Source of the DNA: Lepidodermella squamata
Taxonomy: Eukaryota; Animalia; Gastrotricha
Direction: 5' to 3'
DNA: 64,000 nt
NCBI GenBank assembly: GCA_047495785.1
Contig: JBLDXI010000017.1
Location: 1,612,001-1,676,000 of the forward strand
Part shown: piece after piece, positions 1 to 13,737 of the stretch
Position numbering within the stretch: position 1 is the stretch's first letter
Layout: each line of letters begins with the position of its first letter
Translations under genes and position numbers: made by a program
Notes under the pieces: generated by a model
The model's database searches: none
What the model was told of the DNA's origin: nothing
Seen by the model: the letters and a program-made list of their open reading frames with translations, nothing else

Positions 1-898
1 CAACTGCATTTTGCTTTCAATTATCGGACCGATGAAAGGTCTTGCGCGATATATGGACAGCATGCCATTTGGCGCGGCTGGTTGCTATGTATCCCTTCTT
101 GGCGGGACGGTCATAATGTCGTCCTCCTTGATGATCCTGGCGCTCATCAGTGTCGAGAGGAGACTATGCACAACGACTAGCAACCGTACAGTTCGCGGGT
201 CTCGTTTGATTTGGTACGCCATTGCCGTAGTTGGAGTCACTGTGTTCAGTTTTCTTACATGGCTCGCTGTTTTCTATGGACTAGACGTCATAGAGCCGAT
301 GAATGTTTTGACGGTAAAGGGCCGGGTTACCGCATGTGTTGTCTTCACCAATCGCTTGTCAAGACTTGGCGCCGTCGAACTCATTTTCTTCATTTTAACT
401 TTCATTATACCCCTAGGAATAACTGTGGCAAACTATGGGTAAAATACTTATGCTAATTTGACAAGAACCAATAATGTTGTATCGTTTTTTCTTTTAAGGA
501 TGCTTTGGCGTTACGTCAGAGGCGCGCACACAGCTACAAACTACCCAAGCGAATCAAATGACGACTCGTCCTCAAAAGCGTCCCTAGCAACCAGAAGAAA
601 ATCGTCTAGCAGGGCAGTCAGTTTCAAACATCAAACTAAACGCGAAACTTTTCTCAGTCTCTTGATGGCGCTGTCAGTTGTAGAATATCTACTGCTTATA
701 ATGCCTTTAGAAATTGTTGTTGCAATTGTATGGCTTGATGAGCGTCAAGGACGCGTTTTGAATTCCAATCTGTCATTTGCTGGCTATGTGATGGTTATCA
801 TTGAAGCCTCCTTAAACCCGTTCTTACCAAGTTTCATCAGGCACAGAGCTAATGTGCGCCGGAGCCGTTCCAAAACGGACTCTGGCAGTGAGGCATAG
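1..898 (+). CDS. Class A (rhodopsin-like) GPCR, array member 1 (5' end outside window); intron 439-498
   Basis: TM3 'LISVERR', TM5 'IPLGITVANY', TM7 'LNPF'. The GT-AG intron 439-498 joins ORFs 11..442 and 458..898 in frame (NYG|MLWR). Confidence 0.85.
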
Positions 899-1556
899 AT
901 GAAGATTGATATTAAAATGACGATATTCTTACGAAGCATTTGAAATCTCTAATTGATACCCAGGTATTTTTTAGATGCGCTCCAGGCTATAATGTAGCAG
1001 ATGACCTTGCCAGTGTGAAAACACGCGACTATTTCCCACACCAGGTAGGATATTGTATGCAGTGCCCACTTGCCTGAGGAAGTATTTTTCTTCGCGGCCC
1101 GTAAGTGCATGAAGCCGTGCAAATTATTGGGTGAAGATGCGTATAATAGACCATAGCGTAGCAGTAAAAGAAAACACCCAAGTGCATGCATCGTGAAATA
1201 ATAAAGAGTGATTCTCGCGTACTTATATTCGTCGCGCTGGTGGCTACTATACCGGCTATAAAGTGCGAGCGAAAAAGCTACGAATATATTGAATTTCCAC
1301 TAATACATACGGCCACTGGGCAGCGTTTTTTGTATAGTTGACCATCATCCGGTCGGCAGGCATTCAGTGCTAACAGCCGCCGCCCATAACTACACACTGT
1401 TTTTCGCTCAAATTGTGACATAATAGCGCGCAGAACACGAGCCATTTAAAATATACGCAAACATCGCATATTATATATCAGTCCTCTAAAATAATCGACA
1501 CATTCCGCGATCAAATGACATGCATTGCAATTTTGAAAAATATTGATAGATAGAAG

Positions 1557-2678
1557 ATGGATTTGTTGAAGTGTTTTACATACCTCGAACCTGAGTCTTC
1601 AATTAACAAGTCTTGGCACTGTCGAACCAATGCCGTCAGCAACACTTCATCAGACTGCGGATTTCTCATCGACCAGCAATTCAATCGCCCACCCAATTGC
1701 GGATATTACGAGGCCGGTCTCATTATTTTCGTTAGCCTCATGGCGTTTCCATGTAATATGGTTGGATACTGGAACTTTTTGAACCGCCAACTGCATCCAG
1801 ATTTACTATTCCTGCTCGGAATTCAGTGTATCTGCAATGTAATGACAGCTTTTATTGGAATATTAAAAGGCTTGGCAAGATCTATGGATTCCTATCCTCT
1901 CGGCTCTCTTGGGTGTTACTTCGCGAATATCGGCGGAGCTTCCCTCTTAACGGCATCGCTTATGGTATTCGCTCTGATAAGCTTCGAACGGCGCCGTAGT
2001 ATTTCGCAGAAAGCTCGTCCAGCGCCTTCCCGAATGGGCGTTTACGCATTGATGGCTTTACTGCTGATAGTTTATAGTTTCTTGTCTTGGTTCTGTTTGA
2101 TGTTCGTTTTTGATGTTATCAAAGTTCACTCCGTCACGAATATCTACTCTATGACTGTTTGCGCCATTTACATCAACAGCCTTTCATCCCATGTTCCTGT
2201 TGAGCTGTTATTCGTCGCCTTGAACTTGGCTATTCCACTCTTAGTGATTCTAGTTAATTACAGGTATGTATCTTCAAAATGGATTAAGCGTTAAATACTT
2301 TTTCCGTTATGCAGAGCAATATGGGCTGAGCTCCGAAAATCGAGCGATGTAGCTCGGAAAGAGCTGTGGGGCTCGAAAAGCGCCTGGCTTGTCCTGATAT
2401 CTCTTGGGAATTCATCAACATCCCCGCAAGCTTCCAAATACCAACAGAAAAGAGAACGGTTCCTCGCTATACTGATGCTGGTATCTCTGTGTCATTTCTT
2501 GGTGTTTCTGATGCCGTTGGAGCTTGCGATCGCTTTAGTTTGGCTTGACGAAAGCAACGACAAGGTTCTCAATTCAAATCTCGTGTTCGTAGGTCATCTT
2601 TTAGTAATCGTCGAAGTAATGATGAACCCATTCCTGGTCAGTTTTGTTCACAAAAGAAGCTGCAATCGAAGCAGCTAA
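1557..2678 (+). CDS. Class A GPCR, member 2; intron 2264-2314
   Basis: N-terminal family motif (INKSWHC...CGFLIDQQFNR), SFERR, NPF. Spliced frame is open to TAA 2678. Confidence 0.88.
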
Positions 2679-2926
2679 AAAATCGCATGCCAAATACAGT
2701 ATGTATATGTGATGATGAACCATTTTTACTTAAGCTTCTTATTCTTATTGATTTTGGCGAGTGCAATCAAAATACAAGCATTATTTATGTGTCGAACAAT
2801 TTCGGGAGCCTCTTGAATAAAGCTTCGTCTATTTTTGTGATATTCTTCTCTTTGAACTCCTTTTGCATGACGTTCATGCGTACGAATAAATTACAACTTC
2901 CTGCTTAATAATATTACATCAACGGG

Positions 2927-3993
2927 ATGTCTCTATCTGACTGCTTCACGCTTTACGACCCAATTTCAACTCTGAACAAATCATGGCTCTGCTTCCCAAA
3001 ACCGCAGACTTTTTTCTATTCAACAGCCAACAAGTCAACTGTTTGCGGGTTCCTCTACTTCCAGCATTTCAAGCGGCCAACCGACTCGTGTGGTCTTCTT
3101 GAGGCTGCTATAATCATTTTTCTGAGTTTGATGGTGGTTCCATTCAATATCATGGGTTATTTCAATCTGGGCTGTCGGGGGATCAGAGAGGAGATGTTGC
3201 TGTTGCTGCGGATTTTCTGCTTCTTGAACTCAGGCTATTTACCAATTGGAATTTTATTCGCGCTGTCAAGGTTGATCGACACAATGCCGATGGGTAGCAT
3301 TGGCTGTGGAATCGTCTATTATTTAGGTGCTAGCTTTGCGACAACATCGTTGATGGTCTTGACTCTAATGAGTTTCGAGCGACGCTGGGCCGTAGTATGC
3401 CCAAGACGCAACGGCGAGCCTTCTCAAATCAAGAACTACGTCGTAGCACTAATCATTGTTTCATTTTACACCTTCTCAGCTTGTTTTGGCTACTTTTACG
3501 CTCTACCGGCACTTCAAACTATTACATTGATCCAGCATGAATTCCTCGACCCGGTTGCCGCTTGCGCTGTTATTGCAGACCCGTTTCCGCCGAACTTCCC
3601 AGGATGGGCTGTCCTTGCTGTATTAACCTTTACTGTTCCAATATTTTTGACGAGCTACAATTACGTGTATGATATTTCCAAACTTAATTAACCCCAGAGA
3701 ATATATTTCGTTACAGAGCAATAGCGATCTTCTTTTGGAGAATGCGAGGTGGAAATTGGAAGCCGGAAGAATCGCTTGAGCGTAATTTGGCGCTTGTATC
3801 GCTGCTTATCTTGGTCGAATTCGTATCACTCATGCTTCCCATGGTGGCCTCCGTTGTCCTGGTGTGGTTTGATCAAGACGATAGAAAACTGCATTCATCA
3901 ATTTCCTACTTTGGATTCACCTCTGCCTTACTTGGCGCCATTTTAAACCCGTTTCTACCAAGTCTCCTCACGACTTCCGCTTCTGCCGGGTGA
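2927..3993 (+). CDS. Class A GPCR, member 3; intron 3667-3716
   Basis: LNKSWLC motif, SFERR, LNPFLPS. A 50-nt intron after NY restores the frame. ICL3 is unusually short. Confidence 0.88.
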
Positions 3994-4172
3994 AATATAG
4001 TACTGGGTCGTTATCGATTGACAATCGGTTGGTGTTAAGCCCCTTGAAGACTTTTCTAATTTACTGATAGCAAATAGCATTGACAAAATCGATATGAATA
4101 CGCCTCATCTAAGCTGAATGATAAACGCCATGGTATAGAAGTAAAAAATAGGAAACCTAATGTGTGTATATT

Positions 4173-5260
4173 ATGGAGAATTCATCTTGCTTCGCGTTAT
4201 GGGATCCAATCACTTCTGTGAACAAATCTTGGCTATGCATCCGGCAAAATCGAAACGCCTCATGGGACTGCGGTTTCTTATTCGATCAACAATTTAACCG
4301 CCCGGAAGATTGTTATTTATACACTTACGTTGAAGCTGGACTTTTCTTTTTAATCAGCGCGCTATGCCCTCCATTTAACCTTATTGGCTTCCTGAATTTC
4401 AAACGCTGCCGCGTGAAACCAGAGCTGTTGCTGTTGATCGCTGCTCAATGTCTCTTAAATACGTTGTTGGCTGTTGTAGGTGTTTTCAAGGGCCTGGCCA
4501 AGATAATGCCGGGTATGCCACTTGGCTTTTTCGGCTGCTATATATCCTATCTCGGGATGGCAGTTCTAACAACAGCTTCTTCGTTGGTAATCGCTGTAAT
4601 CAGCGTCGAAAGAAGAATTTCTATAACACACTGCGCCATCTCACAGACACCGCGAATTGGGATCTACAGTGGGGTAGTTACAGCGATCATTATATACTGT
4701 AGCCTGTTTTGGCTCTTCGCTCTCAACATTTTCGGTATTTTGATGATTGTTGACGCTGATGGAGGCACAGCTTGTGCGGCCACTTTCAATTCTTTTCCAA
4801 CATATTTTCCCGGAGAAATTTTAATTGCAGGATCAGCTTGCTTTGTACCATTAGCTATCATTATTGTGAACTACGGGTATCGTTTAAACGCTGACTTTTG
4901 CTAATGTTTACGTTAACCATGCCGTTTTGAAGCATGATCATCTGCCACTTGCAAAAAGCTCATTCGTCGATGCAGTCTTCTTTGCTACAACAGACATCTT
5001 CATCATCATCTGTGATCAGAAACCAACAAAACCGTGAGAAGACCATAGCTTTTATAATGGCTATGTCTCTTCTAGAATTTCTCATTCTGATCCTTCCGGT
5101 TGAAATAACTATTGTTTTGGCCTGGCTCGACAGGGAAACGAAACAGCTGCAATCAAATCTTGCTTTCATCGCCTTTTTCTTGGGAATGGTCGAAGCAGCT
5201 ATCAATCCGTTTCTACCAAGTCTACAGCTGCTTTATCAAACGAGAAACAGAAGAGCTTGA
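4173..5260 (+). CDS. Class A GPCR, member 4; intron 4877-4932
   Basis: VNKSWLC...DQQFNR, SVERR, INPFLPS; in-frame splice NYG|MIIC. Confidence 0.88.
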
Positions 5261-5578
5261 CTGTTGATAAAATAAAAATTGCTAATAAATAAAAACGTTT
5301 TGTAAACGGTTCCCCAGTGATTTATGACTGAGGCCTTTTTATGCCCTTTATTGATCCAACTAATCGATGGAGGCTCATCGTTTTAAGTACAATGGTAACG
5401 TCTCTAGTTTGGCTACACAATAGAAGGTTCTCAAGCTAGTGCTTTAGCAAACATGAAGTGCTAATCGCATTATTGATTGCATTATTTAGCAATAGACTTT
5501 GCATACCCCCTGGCTAGTATTGCCACGCAATAGAAATAGGAGTCCACCAAATTTGTGGTTAAACTTGACCGGATTATC

Positions 5579-6747
5579 ATGGAATTTTTGCAATGCTTGG
5601 CGTTAGCTGATTCAGAAACATCAATTAATAAGTCGTGGATTTGTTTCCACGCAGTTAATTCGTCGATTGAGGAGTGCGGCTATTTCTATGACCAGCAGTT
5701 TAACCGAAATAACCCATTTTGTGGTTTATTCGAAGCTGGCCTTATGATATTGATAAGCCTGCTCTGCATCCCGTTCAATGTGATCGGCTTTTTGAACTTT
5801 AAACGACGGAAAATCAAAGCAGAGCTGCTGTTTCTCATCGCTGCTCACTGCGTCTTCAATTCACTGCTTACCGGCGCTGGATTAATCAAAGGTCTAGCGA
5901 GAGTCATGGATAGTATGCCTCTTGGCGACTACGGCTGTCAGATCACAGGGTTTATCAGCTCAGCGCTGTTGACAGCTTCCTTAATGGTCTATGCTATGAT
6001 TAGTTTTGAAAGGCGCATATGTCTTACTAGTATGGCTCCCAGCCAACAAGCACCACCAAGGATAAGAGCATACGCAGTCGCCTTGGCCTTCATGACGTTC
6101 TACAGCTTCGCATCATGGTTTGTGGTTATGAACGTCCTGGGAGTTGTTAGAGCTGTGAAATTCTCGCCTTTTTACTTGGAAACTCCAGTCGTGGCCTGTG
6201 CTGCCTTTTTTGACGTTTCACCTCACATCTTTCCGGCTGAAACTGTCGTTTTTACAACTGCTACGTTCGCTTTACCGCTTGCCATTATTTGTTCGAATTA
6301 TGGGTTAGTCGGTGGTTTTTAAATGCTAATATGATTGATTTATATTTGATTTTCTATCCCCGCAGAGTGATGCTTTTTACTGTTCAAAGAACACACAGAA
6401 ATTCATTGCAAAGCTCTTTCTTGCCGCGAATTGCTACTGCCAGCAGTCGTAATTCATGGCTCGGAAGTTTGCTTTCGTCCGGTCGAAGCGATACTGCGAT
6501 AATCAAACAACAACGAAAGCGCGAGCGAGTGTTATCGATGACCGTGATATGGTCCCTTGCTGAATTCATATTTTTTATTTCCCCCGTAGAGATAGCAGTA
6601 GTGCTCATCTGGCTTGACAAAAACGGAAGCAAAACTCTGCACTCGACTGTGTTTTTCTATGGTTATCTGCTTGGATTGATCGAAGCAGCGATTAATCCAT
6701 TCCTGCCCAGCTTTTTCTTCAAATCAAGGTTGAATAACAGAAACTAG
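5579..6747 (+). CDS. Class A GPCR, member 5; intron 6304-6365
   Basis: INKSWIC...DQQFNR, SFERR, INPFLPS; in-frame splice NYG|VMLF. Confidence 0.88.
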
Positions 6748-7042
6748 AAATTAATTACTGCGCATTTCCTTTTTCAGTGCAATTTTTATTAGTTCATGGC
6801 ATTGTAGCATAGAAGGTAATTTATGAGGTGAATAAAACAATGAGATTCAATATAGTGGCTGAATGCTGATTTTCTCTGCTGCGCAGGATTTATTCGCAAC
6901 TTTTACGTTGTTCTCACGTGGGAATTGCTGTGTGCTATCATTTTTTTAACGCAAAGTGATCGATATCTAGCAAAAAGTCTTTCATCAGATTTGCGGAGAT
7001 ATAACAGTACATGTCATTTGTCATTTGTTCGTAGTTTTTATT

Positions 7043-8460
7043 ATGCTTTCATCTTGTTTCTCGGTGATTGATGACAATTCCGCCGTTAACCAGTCCTGGG
7101 TCTGCTTAAAAGGTATCAACTTTCGGCAGTACGGTTTGGCCACGCGTGATGAACACGCCTGCTTCTTCCTCTACGACCAGCAATTCAATCGAGGCAAGGA
7201 GTGTGACTTTGCACCATATGTCGAAGCTGTTGTCCTGATTTTAATCAGTTTAACCGCTTTCCCAACAAACGTCCTCGCCATCCGCAACTTTTATCGAAAA
7301 CATGTCTCCAATGAATTCTTCCTGCTTATCAGCACTCAATCAATTTTTAATATGTTTATTGGTTTGATAGGAGTATTCCGAGGGCTAGCCAGGTAACTCA
7401 ACGCCCTTTTAACGTCTCCTTAATCAAATTTTACTTGTTATTTCAGAGCAATGCATGACTATCCTTTGGGCTACTTCGGGTGTAATTTGTCGCTTGGCTT
7501 AGGCGCATTCATGTCTTCATCGTCTATGATGACATCAGCGCTCACAAGTTTTGAGCGGCGTCACACCGTCTGTCATTTCGGCATCGATCAAGTACCTCGG
7601 CTAAAACAAATGATTGCTAGCCTTCTTGCGGTTGTTGTCGTTAATGCATTCCTTTGGCTTGTTCCGTTCAATATATCCAACGAGGTGCGAATTCTATCTG
7701 TCCCAATAATTCACGTTGAACATGACAATCAAACCGAATATGTCGAAGTTTGTGCAATCATGTCAGACAACTACAACATTTTCATGAACACTGCCTTCAT
7801 CTCTGTAACTTTCGTCATTCCATTTGTTGCAATCGCGGTCAATTACGCGTATGTTGCGATATCTTTCATGAAATTATATCCTCTGATTTGTCTAATTTTT
7901 TTAGATTGATTTGGAAATTTCTGTGGGAAACCCACTCCACCCACGCCTCAGCAAGTAACACATTATTAATGAACCAGCGGAGGCGAGAGGTATTTCTGAC
8001 AACCGTGACTGGTCTTTCGATCGTTGAATTTCTCTTCAGCTGCCTTCCGCTTCAAATAGCAATTATCCATGTTTTGTATGACCTGCATCACGAACATCAG
8101 CACATTCAGTCCTTCGCAGTGTACCTCGGTCACTGCTTTATGATTATTGATGCCGTAGTGAATCCATTTTGGACGAGCGTCGTGAAAATGAAGGCGGAGC
8201 GCAAAGCGGACCACGGGGATGGCACCTATCACGAGCTGTTAGGTCGCACTTCGTCGTTCCGCGACTCGTGCTTAACGACCAGACCGTCCGCAATTACCAT
8301 CAACTACGAGGGGTCTTACCAACGTATGTCGCCGATTTCGACTCATTCTTCATGCGCTCCGTCACCATCTGGTTCGACTTATGACTTCAGCGCCGCACTG
8401 AATGACAGACCTTCTGGCCATCAGTTTCTCTCTGTACAAAACAGTTACGGTTATCGATAG
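7043..8460 (+). CDS. Class A GPCR, member 6; introns 7393-7446 and 7849-7904; long Ser/Thr-rich C-tail
   Basis: VNQSWVC...DQQFNR, SFERR, VNPFWTS; both introns are GT-AG, phase 2. Confidence 0.88.
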
Positions 8461-9096
8461 CCCAAATATCTTATGCGAAGGCCTCATGGGAGGCAGTGAA
8501 AGCGTGAAAGTATAAAGATGATGCAATCACACTGAAACGTGTCTTTCGGCTGAATTGCTATCCGCAGTAATAGCACCCATCTATTGGGAAAACTTACCCA
8601 TTGATTGATACATTGCACCAAGTCGTATTAAAATGCATATAAAAACGGGTTAATTGCAAAAAACTGGGGGACGTTCCACTTTGAAGTAAAACTTATTAAA
8701 TTCAGCGATTGCTGCATTAAAAATTATGATCGCGATTTATTTCAAACAATTTCAATCTGTGAGTCTGTGACTAATCGCAGAATGTACTTGACTGACTTTC
8801 TTCGAAGGCGAAAGGACGAACGAATTAGTTATTCATCATAAACTAGATTTTCCCAGTTGACAAGAAAATAGCAAATTAAAGATGGCAGATATAGACTTTT
8901 AGTCCAGGCACTGTTATTATAAGGATAAGTTGTATAGCGAAATCGGAACAAAAACACAACAGTTATGATTCATTTCATTAGCAAATGGATTACCTGCGGC
9001 TTGGATTATGCTTTTGACACTGATTATATTATGATACACGAGTAAGTCATGAAAAGAGATTGCGAAAAGTGTCCATTTTTGTGAAAGCATGAAAAT

Positions 9097-10355
9097 ATGG
9101 AAACTTGTATCGACTTTACGGACCCGATTTCCGCCATCAACAAATCGTGGGTCTGCATCCCACGTTGGCAAGTCGATGGAAATTTGGTGCCTAGAAACGA
9201 AACGATATGCATGTTCATGTATGAACAGCAGTTTCATCGACCTCACCAGTACTGCAGTTACGTGGAAACGGCAGTTTTAATTTTTGTTAGTTTTTGGATC
9301 TATCCCGCGAATTATCAAGCCTTTATCAATTTTCGCAAACGTGGCGTTAAGCGTGAATTCCTACTTCTCGTCGCGATGTTGGGATTCTACAACGCCATCT
9401 GTGGTTTCTTCTTAGTGCTCAAAGCTCTTGGCAGGTAGGATAATGTTCAATTCAATAGTTATATACAGAATTAAAACTTTCCCGAAGGATGCAAGATGAT
9501 TGGCCCTTTGGAAGGTTCGGGTGTCTGTTGTCAATTGGACTTGCTACTATTGTCAGAATGGCAACTTTGCTCGTCATGGCTCTGATGAGTTTCGAACGGA
9601 GATTTTGTGTTGTTAGCATGCATTCTGCTTCAACAGCGAAATCTCGAATGCCATTCGTTGCAACTAGCATTGTTGTTATAAATTTAATATGCTTCGTGTT
9701 TTGGGCTGTGCCAATTATTGAATACAAAGTCATCGACATGCTACCCGTGATACTCGACGAAAGGACTGTTCAGGCGTGTTTTATCTTCCAACATCGAATC
9801 GGCTCCGGTACCTTTCTGGCAATGTTTATCTGTGCTACCTTTGCCCTTCCGCTTTCCGTGATCTGCTTTAATTACACGTGAGAGAATCTCCCTTGCTTTA
9901 TTCGACTTGCCTCAGCACGTTGCCTTTTATATTCCAGATATATTTGGATTTTCGTCCGCAAGAAAAACGCTGAAAGCTCAATCCAAGCCGAAAGCGTAGC
10001 AGTACTTGCCAATTCAAGCGAGCATGTCACCGACCCAGAAGTGCACAAGAGACACAAATTGCTGAAACGTCAACGTAGAAGCGAGGTGTTCCTTTCAATT
10101 CTAATGGGCGGCTCCTTGGTGCAATTCGTTATTTGCGCGATTCCTCTCCAAATAGCGGGCCTGTATATCAACTATGACCGAATGGTGACAAAAGAACACC
10201 GGTCACAAAGTTTCTTGATTTATATCGGAACGTTAATGGTCGCTGTCGACTGTGTTCTGAATCCATTCTGGTACAGCATATTACGATATAAAGCCCATTC
10301 TCATAGCCACATCAGTGGTGCGGCTCATGAGCATGAGCTGACGCCAACAACATGA
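9097..10355 (+). CDS. Class A GPCR, member 7; introns 9435-9487 and 9878-9937
   Basis: INKSWVC...EQQFHR, WPFG-x2-GC in ECL1/TM3, SFERR, NPFWY. Confidence 0.9.
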
Positions 10356-10658
10356 AAATAATCGAGGCTTTTTAGTGTGTTCCGTTTTTTAATCACCTTT
10401 TGAGTCTATTGCCCAACTTCCGTAGTAGTATGAGCGCTTAAATAAAATATCGACGACGGACACATAAGAGGAAAGGGATTTCCGAATTTCGGAGGCGGCA
10501 CGATTGCTCGCCTAACTGAACATCAAGTGCTCTTGGCCAGGCTTATTACCGCAAGACCTATAAAAAAGTGATGCTCGCATTCTTAATACGAGAGGCCGGA
10601 TATTTATGAGGTTATCCGTTCAAATGTCCTTTTATAGGATTTAGTCTTTTTTGAGTAA

Positions 10659-11921
10659 ATGGGTAGCTGTTTCGACTTTACTGACGATGAAACTTCTGTC
10701 AACAAATCTTGGATTTGCGTTCCGGCCAGCCGCCTCCCGGGCACTGAAAATGCATCCGTAGAAATATGTCTTTTTCTGTACCATCAACAACTGCAACGGC
10801 CGAGTGTGTGGTGTGGACGAATCGAAGCAATTGTGATGTTTAGTCTTGCTACTCTGGCGCTTCCTTCAAACGTGTGGGCTGTGATTAACTTTCATAGGAG
10901 GGCTGTTAGCCGAGAATTCCTTCTGCTTATTTCGGCATTAGCTGTCTACAATTGTCTAATAGCAGCAATTGAAATGTTGGCCGCTTACGCAAGGTGATAG
11001 ATTCCTTAAATGTTTAGCCTACCATTTTAAGTTACGATGCATTTGCAGGCTCCAAGATGAGTGGATGCTTGGCCATTTAGGCTGCGTTATATGTGAAGGA
11101 ATCTCGGTTGTCATTTTCACTGCATCAATGCTGTCGATGGCTCTCATCAGTGTCGAAAGGCGCTGCTGCGTTACAACCGTTTCCGCAGTGCAGCCATCTA
11201 GATTTCCGCAATTTGTCATAGCATTGATTGCAATAATCGTTTTCTCGGCTGTTTTCTGGGCATACCCGATATTCTACCAAGAAGTTTATGATACCTTGAC
11301 GCTGCAAATCGATGGCGTCAAAAACGGAACGGTGCCAATTGAATTATGTACCGTTTTCGATTACAAGATGAACAAGGCGATGGTATTTGCCTCATTTGGT
11401 TTGGTCACTTTTTTCGGACCTCTAATTTTAACAGCCTACAACTACACGTTAGTTGATCGATGACTTCTCCAATTACGAATTAAAGCTATTTCCTTTTCAG
11501 ATACATCTGGTACTTTGTTCGAAGGGTGCACAGGACGGAAAGGCAAATTAGATCCCACGTAATGTCTTTGGCAGCTCTTGGCGGTATGGACATTGTTAAA
11601 ACGGTCATGTCGAAGCGCAATTTTCGCCATCAAAGACGTCGGGAAATTTACCTCTCGACTTTGATGGGAATATCCTTGCTACAGTTTATCATCTGCCTGA
11701 TGCCATTGCAAGTGGCGGGATCGTCACTGGTTCATGATCGCATAACCGGCCGATATCAGACGCAATCCTTCTCGTTTTACGTCAGCAACTTGATGGTAGT
11801 GTTGAACGCTGTCATCAATCCCTTTTGGTACAGCCTTGTGCGATACAAGCCTAAATCCACCAAGTTCCTAGCGACGCCTAAAGATTCATCTTTACAAACT
11901 CATGATGAGACACAATCTTAG
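10659..11921 (+). CDS. Class A GPCR, member 8; introns 10994-11048 and 11448-11500
   Basis: VNKSWIC motif, SVERR, NPFWY; spliced frame intact. Confidence 0.9.
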
Positions 11922-12385
11922 GGGCATTGATGTTTCCACAGATTTTGTGATGATATCTTTTTTGTATGAAATTTGAGTTATTAGACACAAATCGTAGGTT
12001 CTTTGATGTTTAATCTCAGGTATTGAGTACGAGATTTCCGAATTGCCTTCCTTTCTTCAAGGGCTTTGCGGGAAGGATAAACTCGCTCGATTTTAACCCT
12101 TTTCCAATCGATTATGCATCTAAATTGTTCCATCGACGGTGGGCTGGATAACAGATATCATGAAAAGGATTATCATGAGAACTCGGACGTCTAGATTTCT
12201 AGAATAAGAGACACGATTTCTGATTTGCAGACACTGTTTTCGCAAAAAACCCTGACTTCTGTTCGTCTTAAATTTGCTTTGCACCTGTCTAAAAGGGCTT
12301 ATGTCGCAGCCGGTGGTCTAGAAAGAGGATGAGTTCGGCAATTCATACTGTTAGCTGAATCGGCGAAGCAGGTCATCTCAAAATC

Positions 12386-13618
12386 ATGGAAGCATGCTAC
12401 GATATTTTCGCAGCTGACACAGCAATCAACAAATCGTGGGTATGTGTGCCGAATTGGCGCATCGACGATACCTTGAATAAAAGTGCAGAGGGCTCGGAAG
12501 AATTCTGCTTGTTCCTTTTCGAACAACAGTTCAATAGAAGCCACTGGTATTGCGGCTACATTGAGGCAGCGATAATGCTGTTTGGTTGCTGCTGCGCCAT
12601 TCCGACAAACTTGCTATCTCTGAGGAACTTTTCGAAGAGAGGGGTCAGTAAGGAATTCATGCTACTTTTGGGATTCCTAATCTCCTATAACTTTATCCTG
12701 ATTCTGCTGAAGGTTATGAAAGCTTTCGCTCGGTAATTGAAGAGCATAGGTTTAATTAATAGTTGATATAAATACTTTTACAGAGTTTTGCCTGACTGGC
12801 CTCTAGGACAATTCGGCTGCTTCATGGGACTTGGATTTGGCTGCTTCATTCTTACAGCCTCAATGCTAACTATGACATTGATCAGCTTCGAGCGACGATT
12901 TTCCGTCACATCGATGTGCCCAAACCAGAACTCACGATTTCGCAGTTTACTGTTCGTCCAAGTTTTCGGGCTGATTTTCTCAGGAATTCTATGGTCCTAT
13001 CCTTTCATCTACCACCAAATCATGCAAATTATTCCTGTTTACATTGCCGGTGTGAAAAACGGGACAGAGCCGGTCAATGCGTGCTTTGCTTTGGAAACTA
13101 GGCTAGGTGCTCCGGCCACTTTTCTCATCATGTTCTCTACAGTGACATTTTTCATTCCACTTGCTTTAACAACTTTTAATTACACGTACATGTGGCACTT
13201 CGTTCGCAATGTTAGAAGAAGAGAAAGATCTGTAAAACTGATTGGCGATGTTCTGCTCGTCACCAGGACTTCAAGTAATCAAGATGAGCCCCTATCCTCA
13301 TCGCAATCAAGCAGTTTTAGCAACAGGCGGCGTCGTGAGGTTTTCCTAACGGTCCTCATGGTTGTTTCCCAAATCGAATTCGTTGTCAGCATGATGCCAA
13401 TGCAACTTGCTGGAGCTTACATTGCCTATGAAACGCATGTCGCGAAACGCTTTATAGCCCAGTCATTCCCAATCTACATTTGTGATTTGATGATTCTCTT
13501 TGATGTGGTCGTAAATCCTTTCTGGTACAGCCTCGTCCGTTATAAACGACGCCGCGCTAGTTCGGCAGCTAGCAATACGCTGTCACTGGACCGAATCTGT
13601 GGATCCGGCAGTAAATGA
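12386..13618 (+). CDS. Class A GPCR, member 9; single intron 12733-12783
   Basis: INKSWVC...EQQFNR, SFERR, NPFWY. Reads through NYTYMW with no post-TM5 intron. Confidence 0.9.
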
Positions 13619-13737
13619 CTTTTCCTATTAATCCGTAATCAATCGCATGCGGACTTCGCCTAAGCTTCTGTCAATCGAATGTCAGTTTATAAGTCGATTT
13701 TGGAATGAATAAACTGTATCCTATAATTCATCTAAAA

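Noticed and set aside
7175-7200. QQFNR-GK as an amidated neuropeptide embedded in a receptor N-terminus
   Set aside because: The GK signal occurs only in member 6.
4000-12130. Recurrent ATCGAT/ATTGAT (Cut/Onecut-like) sites upstream of GPCR genes
   Set aside because: These hexamers are common throughout the window; enrichment cannot be shown without counting.
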